A DNA stretch of 64,000 nucleotides from Actinomycetota bacterium (lineage in GTDB: Bacteria; Actinomycetota; Actinomycetes; S36-B12). The stretch's first letter is position 1. The number at the start of each line of letters is the position of its first letter. The stretch is from the NCBI GenBank assembly GCA_046046455.1, contig JBJOJS010000095.1:1995-65994 (forward strand). The letters run 5' to 3'. Both the position numbers and the translations under genes were made by a program. A model generated the notes under the pieces. The model did not search any database. It was not told the origin of the DNA and worked only from the letters and a program-made list of their open reading frames with translations. This document shows, piece by piece, positions 36,304-45,544 of the stretch.

Positions 36304-37943
36304 GCGGCTACGGCCCCCGACCGGGCGACGTGATCCGCCTCGGGGCGACCGGCCTACGCCTGGGCATCCCCCAGCGCGTCGATGACGCAGGCGATGAATT
36401 CCACGTCGGATTCGCCAAGACCGGACGCGACGGGATCGGGCTCGCACCGGTCACCACTCGGGAGTCCTGCGATCTCGTGATCACCAATGCCATCGTGCTC
36501 GACCCGGTCGACGGGGTGCGGGTCGCGTCGATCGGGATCCGCGAGGGCCGCATCAGCGGGATCGGGCGGGCGGGCAATCCCGCCGTATCGGATGACGTCG
36601 ACATCGTGGTCGGGTCCGGCACCGTCGTCGTCGACGCCGACGGGCTCATCGTCACACCGGGCGGCATCGACACCCACGTGCACGCCATGGCTCCCCGTGT
36701 CTTCGAGTCGGAGATCTCCTCCGGCGTCACGACGGTGCTCGCCCAGGAGGCCGGTCCGGTCTGGGGCGTGGGCATCAACTCCCCCTGGTTCCTCGGCATC
36801 GCTCGCGAGGCACTGGAGGCCGTCCCACTCAATGTCGGGATCCTCGGCCGCGCGTCGTCTGCGCGCCGTGCCGCACTTGACGAGGCGGCAGATGCCCACA
36901 TCTGCGGGTTCAAGGTGCATGAGGACACCGGCGCGACACTGATGACGATCGACACCGCACTCCGGGTGGCTGACGACATCGACGTCCAGGTGGCACTGCA
37001 CACGGACGGACTCAACGAGACGCTCTCGGTCGCTGACACGCTAGCCGTGCTCGACGGACGCGTCGCCCACGCGTTCCACGTCGAGGGAGGCGGCGGCGGC
37101 CACGCCCCCGACGTGCTGACCCTCGCCGGTCGTGAGCACGTCATCGCCTCCTCGACCAATCCGACGCTGCCGTATGGGGTCAATGCGGCAGCAGAGACGC
37201 TGGACATGGTGCTCTTCTGTCACGGGCTCGCCGCGGACCGCGAGAGCGACCTCCAAATCGCACGGGCGCGGATCCGCGAATCCACCATGGCGGCTGAGAA
37301 TCGCCTGCACGACCTGGGGGTCATTCCGATCACGTCATCGGACGCCCTCGGCATGGGCCGTGCAGGAGAGACATGGTGGCGAACTTTCGCGATGGCCGAT
37401 GCGCAGGCGACCCAGTCGGGTGACAGTCTCGAGGCATCGGACGACAACGATCGCATCCTGCGTTACCTCGCCAAGATCACCATCAATCCCGCGCTGGCCC
37501 ACGGTCTCGCGCATGAGGTGGGGCGGCTTGCTGTGGGTCACCGGGCAGACATGGTGCTGTGGGATGCCCGTTCCTTCGCCGCCAAGCCGCTCCTCGTCAT
37601 GGTCGCGGGATATCCCGCCTGGGGAGCGACAGGTGACCCCAACGCGACCATCGACGGTGCGGAGCCGCTGCGCCTCGCTGAACAGTTCGGCGCGCTCGGC
37701 CGAGCGCCGCGACGCCTCGGCTCGATCATCACGAATGCTCGTGCTGCCGCACACGCACCCCTGGATCGCCCAATGATCGTGACACGCGGTTGCCGCACCG
37801 TACGCAGCTCGAACATGGTGCGCCACGGCGTGCTGGGAGAGGTCGTCGTCTCCGCAGACGGGGAGGCCGTGACCTGGCAGGGGAACCCGGTGACGTGCGC
37901 CCCTATCGGCACGGCCTCCCTGTCACGCGTCCACTACTGGTGA
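36300..37943 (+). CDS. ureC: Urease alpha-subunit homologue
   Basis: 547 aa. GGIDTHVH, GFKVHEDTG, ALHTDGLNE, HAFHVEGGGGGHAPD, SSTNPTLPY, FCHGL, SSDALGMGR. All canonical metal and catalytic positions are retained. ATGA overlap with ureAB. Confidence 0.85.
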   Translation: MSGYGPRPGDVIRLGATGLRLGIPQRVDDAGDEFHVGFAKTGRDGIGLAPVTTRESCDLVITNAIVLDPVDGVRVASIGIREGRISGIGRAGNPAVSDDVDIVVGSGTVVVDADGLIVTPGGIDTHVHAMAPRVFESEISSGVTTVLAQEAGPVWGVGINSPWFLGIAREALEAVPLNVGILGRASSARRAALDEAADAHICGFKVHEDTGATLMTIDTALRVADDIDVQVALHTDGLNETLSVADTLAVLDGRVAHAFHVEGGGGGHAPDVLTLAGREHVIASSTNPTLPYGVNAAAETLDMVLFCHGLAADRESDLQIARARIRESTMAAENRLHDLGVIPITSSDALGMGRAGETWWRTFAMADAQATQSGDSLEASDDNDRILRYLAKITINPALAHGLAHEVGRLAVGHRADMVLWDARSFAAKPLLVMVAGYPAWGATGDPNATIDGAEPLRLAEQFGALGRAPRRLGSIITNARAAAHAPLDRPMIVTRGCRTVRSSNMVRHGVLGEVVVSADGEAVTWQGNPVTCAPIGTASLSRVHYW

Positions 37944-37991
37944 GACCGGTGGCTGCTGGTGAGCCCGGGCTCTCGTGGCGTGCCCTGGGGC

Positions 37992-38120
37992 TCAGGCGTA
38001 GCGGGAGAAGATCGCGTCGATCTCTGCACGCTCGGCCGGGGTCATCGCGCGCTCGCGCTCACGGTCCCACAGCTGGCGGAAGGTCAGCTCCCCGTCGTTC
38101 TGCTTCTTGCGTCCAAACAT
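37992..38120 (-). CDS. Hypothetical small protein (42 aa)
   Basis: MFGRKKQNDGELTFRQLWDRERERAMTPAERAEIDAIFSRYA. GGAAAGGAAG SD upstream. No family recognised. Confidence 0.3.
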   Translation of the reverse strand: MFGRKKQNDGELTFRQLWDRERERAMTPAERAEIDAIFSRYA

Positions 38121-38313
38121 GGCTCTTCCTTTCCTCCGGGCCCAGGGCTGGCGCCCGGCCCGATCGGCGGCCATGTGCCGGCCGACGCTCGGGCCTGGAC
38201 CCGCGGCCCCTTGTGAGGGCCATGTAAACGGTGACATGGAGGGCCGAGCTCACGGGTCGAGGGGGTCTGAGGGCGTGGCCCAGATCACGCGTGTCGCGCG
38301 GAACCATGCTCCT

Positions 38314-38397
38314 GGCGGCCAGCACTGTCCGGAGGCCGGCACCGTTCGGAGGCCGGCACTGTCCAGGGCCCGCACTGTCCGGGGCCGGCGCCGGCCT
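38314..38397. repeat. Non-coding 17-nt tandem repeat, 4 copies plus a degenerate fifth
   Basis: ggcggccagcactgtcc / ggaggccggcaccgttc / ggaggccggcactgtcc / agggcccgcactgtcc / ggggccggcgccggcct. The unit length is not a multiple of 3. Confidence 0.7.
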
Positions 38398-38580
38398 CAT
38401 CACCTACGCCGCATCCGAACTTTGGGACAAAAGCGTCACGGGGCGGCACTTTCGTCCCGAAGTTCGCCGCGAGACGCATTCGAGAAGACCGCGTGACACC
38501 CCGGAACCAGGCGTGCGAGAAGCGGGAGGGGGAGCGGCCAGGATCGCGGAGCAGAAACCCCGCGTGGACGCCCTGACGGG

Positions 38581-40089
38581 CTAGTTGTCCTGCCAGAGGG
38601 CGGAGCCGCGCTTCCACTCCGGCCAGGTGTAGTTCCAGTAGCCGGCGAGGTAGTCATCCGTGCCGATCTTGGCGGAGGTCCCGGTGTACTCGGCCACATC
38701 ACCGAACTTCGTGTTGCGCCAGATCCACTGCATGTCGCTCGGCGTCATGTTGGTGCAACCGTGCGACGTGTTGGCGTACCCGATGCTGTAGTTCCACGGG
38801 GCGTCGTGGATGTACTCGCCGTTGTCATTGACGCGGATGCCGTAGTCGACGGTGACATCCCAGCCCTCTTCCGGGTCCGGGTTGTAGAGACGCTTCGGTG
38901 AGATGTGAGCCGTGATGACCTTCGTGCCGGACTCCGTCTCCCAGCCGGCCTTGCCGCCCGAGATGGGGAACGTGCGCTCCTCTACGCCGTTGCGCGTGTA
39001 CTTCATCGTGTGCTTGTTGAGGTTGACCTTGAGGATGACCTGGTCACCCGTCGTGAAGGTCGACGTGACCTTCGGGCCGTACGCGCCCTTGGCTCCCTCG
39101 ACTGAACTGAGGTTGGCGTTGAGGGTGATCGTGGCATTGCCGGGCCAGTAGTTGCGGGGGCGGAAGACGGCCTTCTGCGAGTTGACCCAGAACCAGCCCG
39201 CCTCCCCGAAGTCCTTGTCCGATGTGACGACGAGAGCCTTCTCGACCGCTTCCTTGTTGGTGATGGGGATACCGAAGTCGACGACCAGGGGCACACCAGC
39301 GCCCATGTTGTCCTCCTTCGGCCACACATCCAGGGTGAAGGTCTTCTCCGCGCGGCCCATCTTGAAGTTGGTGCGTCCGCCCGGAACGAGTGCGCCGGAG
39401 GGATCGGTGACGGTGACCCACAGACGGCGCGCTGGGGGCAGCGGCTCGGTCACCCAGGTACGAGCCTTGGTGGTCTCGCGAACGGGGACGGAGAAGGAAG
39501 CATCCTTCTTGTCGACGATCGAGATGGTGGCGCCCTCGGGGACGTTGCGCAGCTTGAGCACGCTGCCGGGCTTCAGGGTGATGACCTTCGCGCCGTGCGG
39601 CTTGCCGAGCGGCTGACCCGCGACCTCGAAAACGACGGTGCGCACCGGTGGCGGCGGCGGGGCGATCCTGAACTCCACCGGCGCGGACGCCGCGCCGACA
39701 CCGTCGGCGCTCACCGCACGAAGGGCAACGGAGTAGGGCTGCCCGGGCTGAATGCCCGGGATCGTCACCGGGCTCGTGGTCACCGCGGGATCGAAGGCGA
39801 CCCACTTGCCACCCTGGTCAGCCCACTCGTAGTTGGTGATCGCCTTATCGGTAGCAGGCGCCGTGAAGGAGATGATGGCGGAGTCGGTCCCGAGTGCCAC
39901 CTTCAGACCGGTGGGCGCGGGCAGGCTCGCATCGACGGGGGGTTCCGCCGGATCCACGGGGGTCGTCGGATCTTCATTGACCACGACATTGCTCGGCCCT
40001 GTCGAGGACTCCGCCAGTGCCGGAGCCTGCACGAGACCTGCAGCGAGAGCCGCAGTCACGACAGCGATGGCGAGGCGGGCGGGTCGCAC
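38581..40089 (-). CDS. L,D-transpeptidase (YkuD domain) with N-terminal Ig/FN3-like domains
   Basis: 502 aa with signal ...VQAPALAES. The YkuD catalytic region is IHDAPWN..SHGCTNM. GTG start with a GGAGGA SD. Confidence 0.85.
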   Translation of the reverse strand: MRPARLAIAVVTAALAAGLVQAPALAESSTGPSNVVVNEDPTTPVDPAEPPVDASLPAPTGLKVALGTDSAIISFTAPATDKAITNYEWADQGGKWVAFDPAVTTSPVTIPGIQPGQPYSVALRAVSADGVGAASAPVEFRIAPPPPPVRTVVFEVAGQPLGKPHGAKVITLKPGSVLKLRNVPEGATISIVDKKDASFSVPVRETTKARTWVTEPLPPARRLWVTVTDPSGALVPGGRTNFKMGRAEKTFTLDVWPKEDNMGAGVPLVVDFGIPITNKEAVEKALVVTSDKDFGEAGWFWVNSQKAVFRPRNYWPGNATITLNANLSSVEGAKGAYGPKVTSTFTTGDQVILKVNLNKHTMKYTRNGVEERTFPISGGKAGWETESGTKVITAHISPKRLYNPDPEEGWDVTVDYGIRVNDNGEYIHDAPWNYSIGYANTSHGCTNMTPSDMQWIWRNTKFGDVAEYTGTSAKIGTDDYLAGYWNYTWPEWKRGSALWQDN

Positions 40090-40257
40090 GAGTCCTCCAG
40101 GGCGGCTAGGGGCATGTTCTGTCCCAGCATTATGGGGGACCGATGGGGCCCGAGTCGCCCTGAGGGGCCAGGGTCCTCCGTCGGCGCGTCGGGACTGTGA
40201 GCGCCGTCACAGCCCGCGGGGGACGGATATCCCGTGGGCCGGGACGGACGCCCGCGC

Positions 40258-41811
40258 TCACGCGCCCTGATCGCGCAGCATCCGCCTGAGGATCTTGCCC
40301 GAGGGGGACTTCGGAATGCTGTCGATGAAGACGACGTCGTGCACCACCTTGTACGTCGCCACGTGTTGGCGGGTGAACTCGGTGATCTCGGACGCTGCGA
40401 CGTCCTGACCCGGCTTGAGCACCACGTAGGCGCGGGGCAGCTCGCCCGCCTCGTCGTCGGAAATCCCGATAACGGCAGCATCAGCGACCGCGGGGTGGGT
40501 GAGGAGAAGCGCCTCGAGCTCCGCGGGCGCTACCTGGAAGCCCTTGACCTTGATGAGCTCCTTGACCCGGTCGACGATGGTGAGGTGGCCATCGGCGTCG
40601 ATGACCCCAACGTCACCCGTGTGCAGCCAGCCGTCGGCGTCGATCGTCGCAGCGGTGGCCTCGGGATTGTTGAGGTAGCCCTTCATCACCATCGGTCCGC
40701 GCACCCAGAGCTCTCCCTCAGCGTCGACCGGCTGGTCCTCCCCCGTGGTCGGATCCACGATGCGGCACTCGGCGTTGGGCACCGTGACGCCCGACGTACC
40801 CGCCTTGAACTGACCCTGCGGCGTGAGATGGGAGACCGGACTCATCTCCGTCATGCCGTAGCCCTGGACGACCTCGCAGTGAATGCGATTGCCCGCCTCG
40901 AGCGCGAGCTCCGCGCTGAGAGGTGCGGCTCCGGAGAAGACCTGCTTCAGGGAAGACAGGTCGTAGTTGTCGACGAGGGGGTGCTTGGCCAGGGCGAGCA
41001 CGATGGGCGGCACGGCGAAGAATCGGGTCACCTGACGCTCCTGGATGATCCCCAGCGCCTGCTCGAGGTCGAAGCGAGGCAGCGTCACGATGGTGATGCC
41101 CTGGGCGAGGAGGCCATTCATGAGCACCTGCATGCCGTAGATATGGAAGAAGGGCAGCACGGCCAGCGCGACCTCGCCCTCCTCTACCGCCAGGCCCGAC
41201 TCGATCTGGCACAGGTTGGCGACGAGATTGCGGTGGGTGAGCATCACTCCCTTGGGGAAGCCTGTGGTTCCCGACGAATACGGCAGCACCACCACGTGCT
41301 CGTGGGTGTCCACCGGCACCTGAGCGATGGGCTCGCCAAGCAGCGCCGTCACGGGGAGCGTGCCCTCCGGAGCCTCGCCGATCACGACGATGTCCTGCAC
41401 GTCCGTGCCCTCGGCCGCCTCCCGGGCGACATCGACGAACATGCCGATCGTGATGAGCAGCACCGACCCGGAGTCGCGCAACTGGAAGCGCACCTCCTCC
41501 GCGGTGTACGTCGGGTTGATCGTGCTCACCGCCACGCCGGCGACTGCCGCACCGTGGAAGGCGACGGCGTACTCGGGGATGTTGGGGGCCATGAGCGCGA
41601 TCGTGTCGCCGGGTCCGAGGCCGCGTGCGGCGAGCCCACCGGCGAAGCTGGCGATCATCGCCGCAAGTTGCCCGTAGGTGTAGGTGCGTCCCGTGGGTCC
41701 ATCGATGAGCGCGGGTCGGTCGGGCGCACGATCAGCCCACCGGAGCACGTGCTCGGTGACCGTGATGTCGGGAATGTCGACATCGGGGAACGGGCTGCGA
41801 TGGATGATCAT
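40258..41811 (-). CDS. AMP-dependent acyl-/aryl-CoA ligase (4-coumarate-CoA ligase-like)
   Basis: 517 aa. Motifs YSSGTTGFPKGV, GYGMTE, GWLHTGD, PKSPSGKILRR. Confidence 0.85.
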   Translation of the reverse strand: MIIHRSPFPDVDIPDITVTEHVLRWADRAPDRPALIDGPTGRTYTYGQLAAMIASFAGGLAARGLGPGDTIALMAPNIPEYAVAFHGAAVAGVAVSTINPTYTAEEVRFQLRDSGSVLLITIGMFVDVAREAAEGTDVQDIVVIGEAPEGTLPVTALLGEPIAQVPVDTHEHVVVLPYSSGTTGFPKGVMLTHRNLVANLCQIESGLAVEEGEVALAVLPFFHIYGMQVLMNGLLAQGITIVTLPRFDLEQALGIIQERQVTRFFAVPPIVLALAKHPLVDNYDLSSLKQVFSGAAPLSAELALEAGNRIHCEVVQGYGMTEMSPVSHLTPQGQFKAGTSGVTVPNAECRIVDPTTGEDQPVDAEGELWVRGPMVMKGYLNNPEATAATIDADGWLHTGDVGVIDADGHLTIVDRVKELIKVKGFQVAPAELEALLLTHPAVADAAVIGISDDEAGELPRAYVVLKPGQDVAASEITEFTRQHVATYKVVHDVVFIDSIPKSPSGKILRRMLRDQGA

Positions 41812-41824
41812 GTGGACTCCTGAT

Positions 41825-42586
41825 CTAGAGATGGATCCCCCGGGTGAGCGCCCCGTCGACGACGAGGTTGGTGCCGGTCGTGAAACTCGAGATGGGACAG
41901 GCGAGGAAGACGACGGCCGCGGCCATCTCCTCCGGGGTGCCCATGCGCCCGGTGGGGTTGAGCCCGAGCGCCGTGGCGAAGAGGTCCGGGTTGCCGTGCT
42001 TGATGGACTCCCAGACGCCGCCCTCGAAATAGGTGTTACCGGGCGAGACGGTGTTTGCGCGGATGCCCTTGTCGGCGAGTTGGTTCGCGAGGCCCTGCGT
42101 GTAGGCGACGAGCGCGGTCTTGATCGTGCCGTAGGGACCGGCCGCGAAGTCCACCTCGCGTCCGCTGACGCTGGAGATCGTCACGATCGATCCGTGGGTG
42201 CTCTTCTCGAGGTAGGGCATCGCTGCCTTGACGAGTCGCACCGTGCCGAGGAGGTCGACGTTGATCGACGCCTCCCAGTTGTCCTCCGTGTCGGGGATGG
42301 CGAGCGCACTCACATTGCTCACGATGATGTCGATGCCACCGAGCTCCGCAGCCGAGGTAGTGACCCAGTCCTGGATCGCCTGGGCGTCGCCGACATCGAC
42401 GACGGAGCCGTGGGCACGAGCTGCGGATCCGCCCAGTGCCTGGGTGGTCTCCGCGACCGCATCGGCAGAACGGGCACAGAAGGCGACGTTGACGCCCTCA
42501 TCGAGGAACGCCGATACGACGGCGCGTCCGATGCCTCGAGTGCCGCCGGTGACGAGCGCATTGAGGCCCTGGGCCTTGAGATCCAT
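41825..42586 (-). CDS. SDR-family oxidoreductase
   Basis: 253 aa from the ATG at 42586 (GAAGGAGA SD). TGGTRGIG, and YGTIK (YxxxK). Confidence 0.85.
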   Translation of the reverse strand: MDLKAQGLNALVTGGTRGIGRAVVSAFLDEGVNVAFCARSADAVAETTQALGGSAARAHGSVVDVGDAQAIQDWVTTSAAELGGIDIIVSNVSALAIPDTEDNWEASINVDLLGTVRLVKAAMPYLEKSTHGSIVTISSVSGREVDFAAGPYGTIKTALVAYTQGLANQLADKGIRANTVSPGNTYFEGGVWESIKHGNPDLFATALGLNPTGRMGTPEEMAAAVVFLACPISSFTTGTNLVVDGALTRGIHL

Positions 42587-42615
42587 CGTGTCTCCTTCGA
42601 CTGAGTGAGGTGGCG

Positions 42616-43620
42616 TTAGGTGAGTTGGCCGGCGCGGGCACGGAGGTCGGCGTGGATACCGCCGTACGCCGACGCTGCAGGCAGGATCGCCTTGGGAGCC
42701 TTGACGACAACGCTGAAGTTGGCATCGACGACGTTGGCGATGGGCGTCAGGGACACCTGGGAGAGCAGTTGGTAGGCGTCCATGGCGTGGAGGCCGTAGA
42801 GCTCCTCGAGCCACCGCACCATCTCGACGTTGCCGATGCGCCAGGAGTCCTCGAGGGGGCGCGCCGAGCCCACCGCCATCCAATGGCTATCGCTCTCCAG
42901 TCGCGGCCACGCGGGCGCCCCGCCCTTGATGAGCTCGACGATGATCGTGGAGTCCATGGCGCCCTCCACCGCGGTGCCACAGGACTCACCCTCGCCCTGG
43001 CGGTAGTGACCATCCCCCAGTGAGAAGAGCGCGCCCTCGACGTTGACTCCGAGGTAGACGGTGGTCCCCGCGCGCACCTCGGGCGAGTCCATGTTGCCGC
43101 CAAAGCGTTCGGGCACGAGGGAGGTGCGCACCTCGCCTGCTGCTGGCGCTACGCCGATGGTGCCGAGCATCGGCTCCACGGGCAGATCGACGGCGAGATC
43201 GCCGAAGCGCGCATCGAAGGTGACCGTGTTGCGCGCACGATCAAGGTGGTAGATCCACGTGGTGTCGGGAAGCGCCTCCTGCAGCATCGCCGTTGCGCCC
43301 GTGGAGGTGAGTCCTCCGAAGAACGGAATCGCCGCGGAGACCCCCCAGTCGCGCGCAGGCGTCAGGTCGACGATGTGGATGACCAAGGTATCGCCCGGCT
43401 CCGCGCCCTCGACATAGAACGGTCCCGTCTGCGGGTTGACATAGCGCAGATCGACCTTGGCGGTGGAGAGGTCATCGACGGACTGCAGTGCGAAGTTGAA
43501 GGCGTCCTCCGACCACAGCTTCAGCACACTGCCGGGCGTGACGCGGGCGACGGGCGCCGCTCCGCCGAAGGTGTAGGCGTACTGGGAGCGCTCAGGCCGG
43601 AACTCCACGACGTGGACCAT
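42616..43620 (-). CDS. Acetamidase/formamidase-family amidohydrolase
   Basis: 334 aa. The family is recognised from overall layout (N-terminal ..YTFGGAAPVARVTPGSVL.., GGNMD). Assignment is from memory. Confidence 0.7.
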   Translation of the reverse strand: MVHVVEFRPERSQYAYTFGGAAPVARVTPGSVLKLWSEDAFNFALQSVDDLSTAKVDLRYVNPQTGPFYVEGAEPGDTLVIHIVDLTPARDWGVSAAIPFFGGLTSTGATAMLQEALPDTTWIYHLDRARNTVTFDARFGDLAVDLPVEPMLGTIGVAPAAGEVRTSLVPERFGGNMDSPEVRAGTTVYLGVNVEGALFSLGDGHYRQGEGESCGTAVEGAMDSTIIVELIKGGAPAWPRLESDSHWMAVGSARPLEDSWRIGNVEMVRWLEELYGLHAMDAYQLLSQVSLTPIANVVDANFSVVVKAPKAILPAASAYGGIHADLRARAGQLT

Positions 43621-43664
43621 CCGGGGACGTTAGCGCCGCGGAGCGCCCGGCGCATCCGATCTGC

Positions 43665-44879
43665 TCAGTCTCGCAGGCGTAGGGAGTCGGGCCCGAGATC
43701 CGCCACCGAGGTACGGCCGAGGAGTTGCATCATCGTGGCGATCTCCTGGGCCAGCAGATCGCCCACGCGCTGGACCCCCGCCTCCCCGCCTGCCATGAGG
43801 CCGTAGAGGTACGCCCGCCCGACAGCCACGGCCGTGGCCCCCTGGCACAGCGCCGCCACCACGTCAGCGCCCGACATCACGCCACCGTCGATGAGGACCT
43901 CGACACGATCATCGAGCGCCTCGCGGACGCGAGGCAGGATCTCGAAGGGCACGGGCGCGCGCTCGAGCTGGCGGCCGCCGTGGGTGGACAGGATGACGCC
44001 ATCGACACCGTGGCCGGCGACGAGGACCGCATCGTCCACCGTCTGGATTCCCTTGACGACGAGGCGACCGGGCCAGACCGACCGCAGCCAGTCGAGATCA
44101 GCCACGGTGACGGCGGGATCGAAGACACGGCCGATGAGATCGGCCACCGTGCCCCCCGTGCTCGTGAGCGTGGCGAAGGTCAGCGGCTCGGAGGTCAGCA
44201 GGTTCATCCACCAGCGCGGGTGCACGGCCATGTCCGCAAGAGTCCGCGGGGTGAGTTGGGGTGGAATCGTCAGGCCATTGCGCACATCGCGATGACGACG
44301 CCCTGCGACAGGCGTATCGACGGTGAGGATGATCGTGTCGTAGCCCGCATCACGGGCTCGGTCCACGAGTTCGACGCCGTAGCCGCGATCGGTCATCAGA
44401 TAGAGCTGGAACCACCTGCGTACGCCGGGCACGGCCGCCGCCAGATCCTCGAGGGACGTCGTACCCAGGGTGGACAGGCCGTAGGGGATGCCCATGCGCT
44501 GGGCGACCCGCGCGACGGCCGGCTCTCCCGCGGAATGCATCATCCGGGTGAACCCCGTCGGCGCGAAGACGAGCGGCAGGTCAGAGCGCTCACCGAGGAT
44601 CGTTGTGGACGTATCGACCGTGCGTACGTCGCGCAGCACGCGCGGTTGGAACTCGACGCGAGCGAACGCGTCCCGGGCGCGGCGCAAACTCGCCTCGTCC
44701 TGTCCCGCAGCCCCGTCGGTGTAGTCGAAGACCGCGCGCGGCACTCGACGCCGCGCGAGGGACCGCACGTCCGCGACACTCGCGCAGCGATCCAGCAGCA
44801 CCTGGGTCCTGTCCAGCCGCGGCCGCAGGTCCCCGACGAGCGGCTGGATGTCACTCCAGCGCGGCACCCTCCGGCTCAT
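43665..44879 (-). CDS. FMN-dependent alpha-hydroxy-acid dehydrogenase/oxidase (LldD-like)
   Basis: 404 aa after trimming. FDYTDGAAG and LSTHGGRQLE motifs. ATGA overlap with the upstream FMN reductase gene. Confidence 0.85.
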   Translation of the reverse strand: MSRRVPRWSDIQPLVGDLRPRLDRTQVLLDRCASVADVRSLARRRVPRAVFDYTDGAAGQDEASLRRARDAFARVEFQPRVLRDVRTVDTSTTILGERSDLPLVFAPTGFTRMMHSAGEPAVARVAQRMGIPYGLSTLGTTSLEDLAAAVPGVRRWFQLYLMTDRGYGVELVDRARDAGYDTIILTVDTPVAGRRHRDVRNGLTIPPQLTPRTLADMAVHPRWWMNLLTSEPLTFATLTSTGGTVADLIGRVFDPAVTVADLDWLRSVWPGRLVVKGIQTVDDAVLVAGHGVDGVILSTHGGRQLERAPVPFEILPRVREALDDRVEVLIDGGVMSGADVVAALCQGATAVAVGRAYLYGLMAGGEAGVQRVGDLLAQEIATMMQLLGRTSVADLGPDSLRLRD

Positions 44880-45508
44880 GGAGATGACTCTGCCTGCAGA
44901 TCGGCGTAGGCGCGACGCATGTACGCGAACTCCACGACCTGGTGGCCGACGAGATGGAGCTGCTCCACGGCTGCGGGCGCGGCGCCCGGGTCGTCGAGGT
45001 GCACCTCGGAGGAATTGACGACGGCACCGAAGGGGGTGGGCCAGCCGCGCAGGGCGTGGACGACCTGGCGGAGCTGGTGCAGGGTCCCCACAGCCGCCTG
45101 CCAGCCGTGGGCGACGGCGATGCACCCCACGGCCCGGCCGTCGAGGTAGGGGCCGCGAGGCTCGCGACGCAGATCTTCGAGGTAGTCGAGGGCGTTCTTG
45201 ACCAGACCGCTCAAACCTCCGTGGTAGCCCGGGCTCACGATGATGAAGCCGTCCGCCTGCCGCGCGAGGTCCAACAGTCTCAGGGCCTCGGGTGCACGGT
45301 CGGCGGCGTCCGGGTCGTAGATCGGGAGCATGAGCTCGCGTCCACTGAGGATGTGCACCTCCGCGCCCGCCTCGCGCGCGCCGTCAGCCGCAAGGCGCAA
45401 CGCGGCTTCCGACGTGGACTGCGTGCGCGTGCTCCCCCCGATCGCCAGGATCATGGGCGCTCCCCGGTCAGCATCATCCTGGGAATTCCCTGGGGTGGCC
45501 TCGCGCAT
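44876..45508 (-). CDS. NAD(P)H-dependent FMN reductase (start may be ATG 45454)
   Basis: ILAIGGSTRTQSTSEAAL..., SPGYHGG. Flavodoxin-like fold family. Confidence 0.75.
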   Translation of the reverse strand: MREATPGNSQDDADRGAPMILAIGGSTRTQSTSEAALRLAADGAREAGAEVHILSGRELMLPIYDPDAADRAPEALRLLDLARQADGFIIVSPGYHGGLSGLVKNALDYLEDLRREPRGPYLDGRAVGCIAVAHGWQAAVGTLHQLRQVVHALRGWPTPFGAVVNSSEVHLDDPGAAPAAVEQLHLVGHQVVEFAYMRRAYADLQAESSP

Positions 45509-45544
45509 GGGGGGACGCTAGCCGAGCCAACCTAGGCTCGCCTC

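Noticed and set aside
38107-38617. Three overlapping track ORFs (129, 117 and 110 aa) in the 38.1-38.6 kb gap
   Set aside because: They run across a 17-nt (non-triplet) tandem repeat, have Arg/Pro/Gly-rich low-information translations, and have no SD. The region is treated as non-coding.
40090-40257. c-di-AMP (ydaO-type) riboswitch in the leader of the L,D-transpeptidase (also checked 63055-63245 upstream of GH18)
   Set aside because: Cell-wall hydrolase leaders often carry it in Actinobacteria. I could not find the conserved GGGGA.CCA, GGGUGAAUC or CCGAAUCCGACAGCUAACCUCGUA-like segments by eye. A cmscan run would be decisive.
40234-41823. 529-aa plus-strand ORF (similarly 61084-63021 at 645 aa, 43725-44909, 48455-49357, 51585-52580, 26689-27702)
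   Set aside because: These are antisense shadows of the CoA ligase, GH18, LldD-like, zwf, metal-permease and SBP genes. The opposite-strand genes carry diagnostic motifs; these do not.
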